64,000 bases of DNA from Heterodontus francisci (Eukaryota), in the NCBI RefSeq assembly GCF_036365525.1, contig NC_090383.1, forward strand, positions 120,344,531 through 120,408,530. The letters run 5' to 3'. A program made the position numbers and the translations under genes. The notes beneath the pieces were generated by a model. That model saw only the letters and a program-made list of their open reading frames with translations. It was not told the DNA's origin and ran no database searches. Below, in pieces: positions 34,501-41,000 of the stretch; the first letter of the stretch is position 1, and every line of letters starts with the position of its first letter.

Positions 34501-35195
34501 GGTTAGATTATGAGCACCGGTTGCATGAACTTGGTTTGTAATGTCTGCACTTTAGAAGGCTGAGGGATGATCTAATGGAGGAGTTTAAAATGAGAAAACG
34601 ACTTGTTCAGAATTTATCTTGTGGGGCTGGAGGAACAGGAACGCTTCCCTGCTGTGGGCTTTCCTCCTCCTCCCCCTCCCAGGGTTCCATTCCAACCCCC
34701 ATCCCGACCCCATCCCTCTCCTCAGGATCCCTGGCTGCAGCCTCCTGTAATCCTGCTTCTGTCTTCCCACAATCTTTGGTCAAGGCATCAATGAGACCTG
34801 GAAGTTAAAATCTCCTGGGCCTCAGGGTGTGACGGGCCTGATGGACTGCTGTTAGTCCAGCCCCCAGCTCACATAACTCCTGCCTGGAGCAAAGGCCTGT
34901 GAGTCCATGTACCAGAAGTTCCTGGAGCTTTAGCAGAGACTGATGGGGCCTCAGCAATATCGAGACGGGATCCAGAGTTTTCCTCTGATATAGGTTGATG
35001 TGATTATGCTATAAATTCACACACGACTTGGCATAAGTGGCCATATTGTAAACTCCTGTGTATTTCATTGTGTTTCAGTTGGACGAGGGAGAGCTGTATT
35101 ACGCTGATATTCAGTTCTTCCGAAAGAAAACCAGAGAGTCAACATTAGTAATCAGTGAGGAGACAACCGAGTATGCTGTCGTCAAACGTGCATAG
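4235..35195 (+). CDS. Spliced IgSF inhibitory receptor gene, V-V-TM-ITSM-ITIM-ITSM; exons 4235-4582, 9939-10283, 26956-27100, 31617-31660, 32881-32924, 35079-35195 (leader exon not located)
   Basis: Six exons with AG/GT boundaries and compatible phases (1-1, 1-1, 1-2, 2-1, 1-0, 0-stop) give one open frame: two Ig V domains, a hydrophobic TM and a tail ...TVYAAV...LYYADI...TEYAVVKRA*. Confidence 0.85.
4735..6740 (+). mobile_element. CR1 LINE 3' fragment (4735-5283 and ~6560-6740), split by an antisense CR1 insertion
   Basis: RT C-terminal CR1 motifs (LERVQRR.TRM, FTQRV..IWNAL); 3' UTR resumes after 6560 and ends in TTCTATGATTCTATG. Confidence 0.8.
5284..6546 (-). mobile_element. 5'-truncated CR1 LINE (RT region and tail)
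   Basis: ORFs 5918-6532, 5695-5976 and 5302-5676 encode CR1 RT ([24 protein letters not shown]); (TTCTAA)n tail at 5284-5307; near-identical to 59690-60927. Confidence 0.92.
6790..7128 (-). mobile_element. SINE-like repeat (same family as 55030-55352)
   Basis: Shared block GAGGGCAGTTAAGAGT.AACCA...GGTAAGGACAGCAGATTTCCTTCC in both copies. Confidence 0.6.
7131..7500 (-). mobile_element. CR1 LINE 3' end fragment
   Basis: TAAGAACATAAGAA tail and NLWNS..QR.V C-terminal motif. Confidence 0.65.
7619..7968 (-). mobile_element. tRNA-derived SINE (HE1/V-SINE-like)
   Basis: Near-identical reverse complement of 33400-33746; (TCTAAA)n tail. Confidence 0.85.
8206..9677. mobile_element. Penelope-like retroelement, inverted double 3' end (minus arm 8206-~8845, plus arm ~8846-9677)
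   Basis: GIY-YIG C-terminal remnants in both arms (GDRFVEYLCSV...PVAYHFN...EKQHLIFR..TLQPSGLN); hammerhead-like motifs at ~8268-8306 (-) and ~9539-9575 (+); 14-bp TSD AGGAGTGAATACAG at 8192-8205 and 9678-9691. Confidence 0.85.
9939..10283 (+). CDS. Exon: Ig V-set domain 2 with J-like G strand (DANPPVLIQSP...LQC...VHWYR...DTAVYYC...SGNGTQLNVT)
   Basis: Acceptor TTTTTCCCTTAAAG|AT at 9938/9939; donor A|GTAAGT at 10283/10284; canonical V-set motifs; paralogous to domain 1. Confidence 0.92.
10455..10980 (+). mobile_element. Penelope-like element 3' fragment
   Basis: LYTGETRLRLGD...KEQHLIF GIY-YIG remnant, degenerate hammerhead at ~10893-10927 and the family terminal ACAGATGCTGCCAGACCTG. Confidence 0.75.
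12037..16295 (-). mobile_element. Near full-length, disrupted CR1 LINE (ORF1 esterase; ORF2 APE+RT)
   Basis: Fragments 15477-15881 (VIGDSIVRG) and 15111-15455 (DGLHL) are ORF1; 14391-15050 is APE (NARSI, ETW, GDFN); 12435-13778 is RT (FADD); ACATAAGA tail at 12037-12060. Confidence 0.9.
16296..19375. repeat. CpG-rich minisatellite, 52/54/56-bp units (CCTCCGGTCCTGCTGCTCCTCGGGCTCCGCTCCTC(TC)CGTCTCTCTCCCACACAAA)
   Basis: Directly visible array of about 55 units abutting the 5' end of the CR1. Confidence 0.95.
20419..20652 (+). pseudogene. Decayed duplicate of V exon 1 (pseudo-exon)
   Basis: Matches 4235-4270 and ~4395-4582 with an internal deletion removing the first Cys and Trp; TGG>TGA after the second Cys; degenerate donor GTACAA. 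Upstream intron 20250-20418 matches 4080-4234. Confidence 0.88.
21251..24061 (-). CDS. CR1 ORF2: APE endonuclease + reverse transcriptase (936 aa)
   Basis: NARSI, ETW, GDFN, SDH endonuclease motifs; [34 protein letters not shown] motifs; no stops. Confidence 0.95.
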   Translation of the reverse strand: MGKVALSQRTDGHGEGLKCVYFNARSIRNKVSELKAWMGTWDYDVVAITETWIGEGEEWFLEVPGYRCFHKIRNGGKRGGGVALLVRNSVTTAERIFEEDLPTEALWVEVRNRKGAVTLMGVFYRPPNSSREVEEQIGKQILERSRSHRVVIMGDFNFPNIDWQLFRSNSLDGVVFVQYVQEAFLTQYVDCPTRGEAILDLVLGNEPGQVIELLVGEHFGDSDHNSVAFTVVMERDRYVQQGKVYNWGKGRYDAVRQELRSISWEHMLAGKGTVEMWNFFKEQIVGAIDKHVPVRQGRDGHVREPWLTREVESLVRKKKDAYIKLRKKGTGIALEGYKMARKDLKKGIRRAKRGHEKCLAGRIKENPKAFYAYVRNMRMTRGTVGPVKDNSGRLCVEPEEISEVLNEYFSSVFTNEKGCITEEDGVKQTGKLEEVLVRREDVLRFLNNLKIDKSPGPDGVYPRMLWEARDEIAEPLAMIFSSSLLTGVVPGDWRVANVVPLFKKGNRNNPGNYRPVSLTSVVGKLMEKVLRDRISEHLERHCLIRDSQHGFVRGRSCLTSLIEFFEQVTKQVDEGKPVDVVYMDFSKAFDKVPHGRLMEKVRRHGIVGNVASWIKNWLTDRRQRVVLDGKYSAWSPVTSGVPQGSVLGPLLFVIFINDLDEEVEGWVSKFADDTKVGGVVDTEEGYCRLQRDLDRLQCWAEKWQMEFNPEKCEVVHFGRTNMNAKYWVNGRVLGHVEEQRDLGVYVHRSLKVATQVDRAVKKAYGVLAFISRGIEFKSREVMMQLCRTLVRPHLEYCVQFWSPHFRKDVEALERVQRRFTRMLPGMENKSYEERLNILGLFSLERRRMRGDMIEVYKMIRGIDRVDSQKLFPRVEQSVTRGHKFKVKGGRYKGDVRGRFFTQRVVEAWNALPGEVVESETLGTFKRLLDRYMDKGE
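24142..25062 (-). CDS. CR1 ORF1: Cys-rich/coiled-coil N-terminus + SGNH esterase-like domain (306 aa)
   Basis: CSSC...CWKC, heptad leucines, GDS, GTND and DGLH blocks. Confidence 0.92.
   Translation of the reverse strand: MAASVEYCSSCRMFEVRETSGGPADFTCWKCIRLQLLSDRVRELELELDELRIIREAEGLIDRSYTEVVTPQIKGSWVTVRGGKRSVQGSPVVVPLNNKYTVLDTVGGDGLSGAGCSDRASGTGSCTVAQKGRRENGRALVIGDSMVRSTDRRFCGRRRDARMVCCLPGARVRDVCDRVFRILKGEGEQPEVVVHIGTNDVGRKGGTDVRSEFRELGWKLKARTDRVVISGLLPAPRDSEARNREKAQLNTWLQEWCRREGFQFLDNWTAFWGRWDLFKQDGLHLNQRGTNILGGRFASTVREGLN
25685..26750 (+). mobile_element. Solo LTR related to the Gypsy element at 38075-43173
   Basis: CCCCCACCTGCCAAGA.TGAGGCACA near the start and GTGTGTTTAAAATTAAACCCTGTTACA...CTCACCTGGTCATAA at the end match the reverse complement of those LTR termini. 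Confidence 0.75.
25958..26125. mobile_element. Short Penelope-derived foldback insertion
   Basis: Inverted arms folding at GGTCAGTGACC; 15-bp TSD CTGATCACATGACTA at 25943-25957 and 26126-26140. Confidence 0.85.
26956..27100 (+). CDS. Exon: short stalk + transmembrane + juxtamembrane (KLPEQMSLKVIVSIAACALVFALLLCILIITVCFMKKWACFQSRSKPER)
   Basis: Acceptor TATTTTACAG|AA; donor CG|GTAAAT; ~25-residue hydrophobic stretch followed by KK; phase 1 start matches the V2 donor. Confidence 0.88.
27538..29112 (+). mobile_element. 5'-truncated RTE-clade LINE (RT to 3' end; one in-frame stop at 28505-28507)
   Basis: QCGFRAERSTID, AFIDLTKAFD, GVKQGCVLAPTLF, LFADD, RRLRWLGHV motifs typical of RTE/BovB-type RT; GAAAGAAAGA tail. 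Confidence 0.88.
29150..30135 (-). mobile_element. Old CR1 3' fragments
   Basis: LEVGRLREDL..MF..IKG and ESGIHY-type CR1 C-terminal remnants and 3' UTR sequence. Confidence 0.55.
30290..31090 (-). mobile_element. Possible heavily degraded PIF/Harbinger transposase remnant
   Basis: Weak frame-broken resemblance only (LKG.F...CIVVSCC...HN..L..G; RCRR). Needs a profile search. Confidence 0.25.
31617..31660 (+). CDS. Cytoplasmic exon 1 with ITSM (RTPEGEINTVYAAVC)
   Basis: Acceptor TCATTTGCCTAG|G; donor G|GTAAGA; phase 2 start continues the TM exon; TxYxxV motif. Confidence 0.8.
32070..32490 (-). repeat. ~33-bp tandem array (CTGACAGTGCAGCACTCCCTCAGTA...) expanded inside a SINE head
   Basis: About 9-10 degenerate units; the unit is the reverse complement of TACTGAGGGAGTGCTGCACTGTCAG in the SINE at 37410-37434. 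Confidence 0.8.
32670..32878 (+). mobile_element. 3' half of a Deu-domain/SacSINE-like SINE
   Basis: AATATTTATCCCTCAA...CATTACA..AGTGA...GAAAGGCGCTATATAAATGCA..TCTTT(C)n; homologous to 37505-37690. Confidence 0.75.
32881..32924 (+). CDS. Cytoplasmic exon 2 (AEMRNDKQVAETATK)
   Basis: Acceptor TCTTTTCTTTCTTTCAG|; donor AAG|GTAAGT; converts phase 1 to the phase 0 needed by the last exon. Confidence 0.78.
33400..33746 (+). mobile_element. Full-length tRNA-derived SINE (HE1/V-SINE-like), inserted in an old CR1 3' fragment
   Basis: Pol III A-box TGGCGCAGTGG and B-box GGTTCAATTC, conserved central domain, tail shared with CR1 3' ends (GGGCCGAAGGGCCTGTTT). Confidence 0.88.
35079..35195 (+). CDS. 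Terminal coding exon with ITIM + ITSM (LDEGELYYADIQFFRKKTRESTLVISEETTEYAVVKRA*)
   Basis: Acceptor TTCATTGTGTTTCAG|TTG; LxYxxI and TxYxxV motifs; TAG at 35193-35195. Confidence 0.88.
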   Translation: MDEGELYYADIQFFRKKTRESTLVISEETTEYAVVKRA

Positions 35196-35203
35196 TGACA
35201 AGA

Positions 35204-35209
35204 AATAAA
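35204..35209 (+). terminator. Candidate proximal polyadenylation signal AATAAA
   Basis: Hexamer 8 nt after the stop codon. Confidence 0.35.
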
Positions 35210-35374
35210 TTCTTTAATAACTGTAAGTGATCAGGTGAAGGGCAGTGATTGCTGCTGTTAACTCCCAAACGGCAGTGCCAGGATTTCAGATCTTCACAAT
35301 ATTTATTGGTATTTCTGTTTAACAATTATTGTTGCAGTTCCTCACCTGAAGGTGCAGATTCCTGTCGGACTCTA

Positions 35375-36212
35375 ATTCCAGGTCAGTAAGGCCAGTGCAC
35401 ATCACTGGAACCCTATTCCGGGACAGTGATCCCAGTGCACATCACTGGAACCCTATTCCAGGACAGTGATCCCAGTGCACATCACTGGAACCCTATTCCG
35501 GGACAGTGATCCCAGTGCACATCACTGGAACCCTATTCCAGGACAGTGATCCCAGTGCACATCACTGGAACCCTATTCCAGGACAGTGATCCCAATGCGC
35601 ATCACTGGAACCCTATTCCAGGACAGTGATCCCAGTGCACATCACTGGAACCCTATTCCGGGACAGTGATCCCAGTGCGCATCGCTGGAACCCTATTCCG
35701 GGACAGTGATCCCAGTGCACATCACTGGAACCCTATTCCAGGTCAGTAAGGCCAGTGCACATCAATGGAACCCTATTCCAGGACAGTGATCCCAGTGCAC
35801 ATCACTGGAACCCTATTCCAGGACAGTGATCCCAGTGCACATCACTGGAACCCTATTCCGGGACAGTGATCCCAGTGCACATCACTGGAACCCTATTCCA
35901 GGACAGTGATCCCAGTGCACATCACTGGAACCCTATTCCGGGACAGTGATCCCAGTGCACATCACTGGAACCCTATTCCAGGACAGTGATCCCAGTGCAC
36001 ATCACTGGAACCCTATTCCAGGACAGTGATCCCAGTGCGCATCACTGGAACCCTATTCCAGGACAGTGATCCCAGTGCGCATCACTGGAACCCTATTCCG
36101 GGTCAGTGATCCCAGTGCACATCGCTGGAACCCTATTCCGGGACAGTGATCCCAGTGCACATCACTGGAACCCTATTCCAGGACAGTGATCCCAGTGCAC
36201 ATCACTGGAACC
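35375..36212. repeat. 40-bp tandem repeat, ~21 copies (CCAGTGCACATCACTGGAACCCTATTCC(A/G)GGACAGTGATC)
   Basis: Directly visible; highly homogeneous; internal inverted repeats. Confidence 0.95.
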
Positions 36213-36267
36213 TTCCTGTTCTGTTTGTTTTTGTATCCCACCTAACCTTCATGAGCGATTTTTTATT

Positions 36268-36287
36268 ATTAAACGTGAATAAATAAA
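36268..36287 (+). terminator. Candidate distal polyadenylation signal cluster (ATTAAA, two overlapping AATAAA)
   Basis: ATTAAA at 36268 and AATAAATAAA at 36278-36287, just past the 40-bp array. Confidence 0.45.
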
Positions 36288-36659
36288 CATGAATGTTATA
36301 TAACTGTCCTGATACATAATAACATGCTTACCGGTTAGCATTCTGGACACGTGAGCCTGGTTCTCCCGTCCGCTTTCTCCCACTAAAGATTCAGTTGGGT
36401 TCTATTAATGATTCACCCTCCTGACTCCGGAAGCACATGGCCTGACTTTCGGAGAATAGTGAAACCTGATCACTTTAATGGTCTAATGTTTAGTGACTGC
36501 AGGGAATCAAAAAATCTATTTGGATCAGGGATTTGAGCCAATCAGGGATTGGTTTAAATCACCTGGGGGGAAAGTTATTAAATTCTGTTTTTAAAAAGTT
36601 TAAAGTAGTGTATTTAACTGATAAATAGTCATTTGGTAGTACAGAACTTGAGTATTGCT

Positions 36660-36912
36660 TGAAATAGAAACATTTTGTCGAAGCTTTTCGTCTTGCACTC
36701 ATCAGGGCAATTGTCAAGAATACCAATGTAAGGGAAAGCAACAAAGTTATACTATATGAGAAGAGATTTCTGATTGGTTGGCAAGTGGACTCTGATTGGT
36801 AGAGACATTGCCATGGAGAATGTACCAGTTTATGGCGACTGACAGTTAACTGCCAAGCTTTGTTTGTCTCTTCTCATAGAGTGTAAATTTGTTGCTTTCT
36901 CTTACGTTGGTA
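36660..36912 (-). mobile_element. Second Penelope-like family terminal fragment with hammerhead and inverted arms
   Basis: Arms 36721-36766 and 36867-36912 are reverse complements; hammerhead core on the minus strand. Confidence 0.6.
36677..36708 (-). ncRNA. Minimal type I hammerhead ribozyme motif
   Basis: Minus RNA: GCC-CUGAUGA-GU(GCAAG)AC-GAAA-AGCU-UC-GAC; intact catalytic core, palindromic AAGCUU stem III, one mismatch in stem I. Confidence 0.7.
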
Positions 36913-37304
36913 CCATTGCTGAGAGTTAAACTCACCACTTTTACTCTGGAATTGTAAAATAGTATATTTTAGTAATCTATAATGTAACAATAATCATTCC
37001 TGAAATCATCAAGTGGCTTCACTGTTCTAGTATTGTTTGTTACATTGCTATTGTCTACAATGCTGCAATTTATTACCAAATCAGTCAAATTCAGATCTCC
37101 GGAGGTCATAGTGAAGCTATACAGTGACCTGGTCAAGTTTTCTCTGATTACAGTGCCCACAACATGAGGGTTCATTTAAACATGGAGACAGTGCCCAAAG
37201 TAGCTTTCCATTGATAGAGAGAAGAGCTTTGCAGAATGGTATGATAAGCAAAACTCATCAGCTTCCACAAGAGCTATCTCAAATAAGAGATGATCATATA
37301 CTGC

Positions 37305-37690
37305 ATCAGCTGTGGCTCAGTGTTAGTGCTCTCGCCTCTGCGTTTGACAGTCATGAATTCAAGCAACACTCCAGAGAATTGAGCCTGTAATCTGGGCACA
37401 CACTCCCAGTACTGAGGGAGTGCTGCACTGTCAGAGGTGTTGTGTTTTGGATGAGATGTTAAACCAAGGTGCTGTCTGAAGAACAGCAGGGAGTTATCTT
37501 CAGTACCCTGGTGAATATTTATCCCTCAACCACAAAAACAGATGATCTAGTCATTTATCTCATTGCTGTTTGTGGGATCTTGCTGTGCACAAATTGGCTG
37601 CTGTGTTTCCTGCATTACAACAGTGAGTATATTTCAAAATACTTCATTGGGTGTAAAGTACTTTGCGACACTCTGATGCTGTGAGAGGAG
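37305..37690 (+). mobile_element. Deu-domain/SacSINE-like SINE
   Basis: tRNA-like head (TGGCTCAGTG...TTCAAG), GAGGGAGTGCTGCACTGTCAGAGG core, 3' part homologous to 32670-32878. Confidence 0.7.
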
Positions 37691-38074
37691 CAGGATCAAA
37701 AGAAGAAAGAAAGAAATATCTAAGATACTTAGCAAGATAGTGGAAATAAATAGAGAAATCTGCAAGCTGTAAGGAGGACACAAAGGGCTGAATTTTCTCA
37801 GCCAATTGGCGACAGGCTGGGCAGCGGGAAGGCTGGCAAGATGGCAGGGGAAGGTGTTGGGAGGGGAGCAGGTTCTGGGGTGGAGCGGGGTGGGGGTGGG
37901 GGGGGAATTTCCTTGAAAACAAGAAGATTCAGCCCAGAGAGTCTGCAAAGTGATATAGACGAGGTTAAGTGAGTGGGTAAGAAGCTGGCAGATGGAGTAT
38001 TAAGGTTTATTAAGTATTAATGAAGTTTATCAGTATTAGTAGGTTTTATTAACATAAGTAAGGTTTATTAATAG

Positions 38075-41000
38075 TGTTATGACCAGGTGAGAAAGAGGTC
38101 TAGGATTCCCTCTCAGCCTTCACCTGGTCTTACTGTAACAGGGTTTAATTTTAAACACACCGTGTTTTTAGCTCCCCCTTGGTGAATCCTTGTTCACCAC
38201 TTTCCAATTATAAGGCAAAGAAATCAACACAAACAGGATTTCTTAGGTTTAAAGAAGAAAAGTTGAAAATTATTAAACTTAAACTCTAATTCGGTTAACG
38301 CCTACAGATACACGCCACACCCCACATGCGTACGCAATACACACATGCAAATAGAGATAGAAAAGAGCAGACAAAAAATAAAGTGGAAAGGTTCGAGGCA
38401 ATACTGAAGAGTTATTATGTTTCTTCAAGCTCACTGTAGAGTCCTTGATTGTAGGTAGATCTTGCTTCTCGTTGGGGCCCAGTGTTCTTCTTAAACCTTG
38501 TTTGCTGCAGGAGATTTTTCTCTCTTGGGGTTCATGTGTTTTCAGTGGATTCAGAAATTTGTGAGAAAGAGATGGGAGCAGACAGGAGAGATCTTCTCAG
38601 TCCAGGAGCGAACAGGCTTTCTGACTTTCAACTCTCTGTGGCCAGTCCAAAAGAAAACCCTGGAGCAGCCAGGTAGTCATGTTCTAACCAGTCCTGGCCT
38701 TTGTGGATTGTATCCTCCTTAGCAGGCCCTGGAATGCGCTTCCTCACCTTCGATGTCTGTTAGTGTGTAAATATTTTTTCCACCAAGGCTGATCTGTTTA
38801 ACAAGTCATTTTCTCACTCCAACAAACAGTTAAAAATCAAGAAATGCTGGAACCACTCAGCAGGTCTGGCAGCATCTGTGGAAAGAGAAGCAGAGTTAAC
38901 GTTTCGGGTCAGTGACCCTTCTTCGGAACTGACTCGAAACGTTAACTCTGCTTCTCTTTCCACAGATGCTGCCAGACCTGCTGAGTGGTTCCAGCATTTC
39001 TTGTTTTTATTTCAGATTTCCAGCATCTACAGTATTTTGCTTTTATTTTAGTTAAAAATCAATGTTCAGGACAAAATTGATATGCCTCATTCAATGCAGT
39101 TGGGGGCCAAGCATGACACCTCCACACCCAGTGGAATGAAATGTGATTCGAGAAAAGCTGCATTACATTAAAAGGGTCAAGAGAAAGATATAAGATACAG
39201 GAAAAAATATATGCATTTCTGTCATTCATTCACAAGTCCTAAAGTTTATCAAAAGCGCCCCTTTTATGGCATCCCAACAAACATGTGGTTCTTTTTTGGG
39301 GAAGTTTCTCTTCCATTTGCCCATTTCCAGACTGCCTAGGGTATTTGTTCCTGCTGAGGTAATTTTTTTTCAGGAGTCAGTAGCAGGCGGGTCTATCCTA
39401 AACTCTCTTTCAGTGCTTTGCTGAATCATGCAAAGGCTTTTGACTTTGGGCGATGGGTGGTTTCTTTAAATGATTGTGGAGGAGGATTCTTTGCTAATCT
39501 CCCCTTTGTCCCAGAGGACACTCCTGCCTGCAGGTATTTGTGCAGACTCTACTGCACTCCACTGTGGCACTTTGACTAGGTGAGGCATCACCCTCATGGT
39601 TTCTCTGCCCCCTAGAGGTCTTTCTTTGTCTCTGCAGGTTCCTGTAAATGCTGTTAGCAACTCTGGTGGGGTGCTTCTGGAGTCTGCATTTACATAGGAG
39701 GATGTGGGATCTAACTTTGCACATTTTTTGGGGTTGGCTGACTGGATAGTAGGGGTTTTCATCCGGGATTCCTCCCGGACTTCCTTTAACCTGCCCTCTT
39801 GGTCACTTTTTATCCCTTCTCTGTCTAAACTTTTGCCAGCCTTGTGCCAGCCTGTCCCCTTTGGTTCTCAGTGGGAGTCCCTTACAGTTCACCAGCCCTC
39901 TGCTGGAGGGTCCTCCTAACACCGGTACAGGACTTAGGGGTGCAGATTTCACTGTAGGTTGGGGTTTCCCCTCAACATGGCACATGTGGCAACTCCTGCA
40001 GTACTCCACCACATCTTTGTGGAGTTTTGGCCAGTCAAACTGTTGTCTTATGCGGGTTTTGGTCATTCATATACCGGCATGTACAGTCACTGTAATCTCG
40101 TGGACCCTTCTTAATATTTCTCTCCGGTATCTCTGCGGCTCCACTAACTGGTGAACTACTGCCCACTCCTTGCCCTCAGGTCTGTGAGGAGAACTCCATT
40201 TCCTCATCAGTACCTCATTATTGAAATAGTAACAATCAGGGACTCCCTCTGCTTCACTTTCAGTCTGGGCAGTCTGTGCTAACTCTCTGAATACTGGGTC
40301 GGCTCGCTGAGCCGTAGCTAGGGAAAATCCATTAAATTCATTCCCTGGGTCTCCTAACTTTCCAAAGAAAGTCTCAGAAAGACAGACAGACCTGGTCATC
40401 TGCCTGCAGTGCCAATTCAGTCTCCTTTGGGGGAGCTGGTTTGATCATGGCCTGATCCACTACACATTCAGGGGAACTGCAGGGATCTGTCTCCTGCCAC
40501 CACCCTGTCTCTCTGACCTCCTGTGGTCTTTCTTTCACTACGGGGGCAGGGGCGTGGGGGGTTTACCACCTCCACCCTTGCCAGATCATTACCTAGGAGC
40601 AGGTCAACCCTGTCCACAGGCAAACTAGGGACAATCCCTATAGTCACCAGTCCCGAAACTAGGTTGCACTCCAGGTGCACCCAGTGTACAGGTACAGGCA
40701 TACACTGCCCTCCAATACCATTCACCACCATTCTGGTGTTTACTGCACTCTCTGGGGGAAAGGTCAGGTCTTTTCCCAGTAAAAAGGATCTAGTGGCCCC
40801 TGTGTCCCTGAGAATCACTATGGGCTTGCTTGCCCCACTCGAGGGGTATGGGGTTACTTTCCCTTCAGACACAAAACCCTGATGATCTTCAGGAATCCTA
40901 TTAAATTTTCCTGCACTTGCAGTAGTAAGCTTCCTGGGTCTCACTCTTATTGCAGTTAAAGCCACAGCTTGTTCTGCTGTGCTTTCCATCAGGGTCCCTT

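Noticed and set aside
35375-36212. CRISPR-like array, or RSS heptamers (GACAGTG)
   Set aside because: Units are contiguous with no unique spacers and no cas genes, in eukaryotic context. The heptamer lacks the essential CAC and there is no nonamer.
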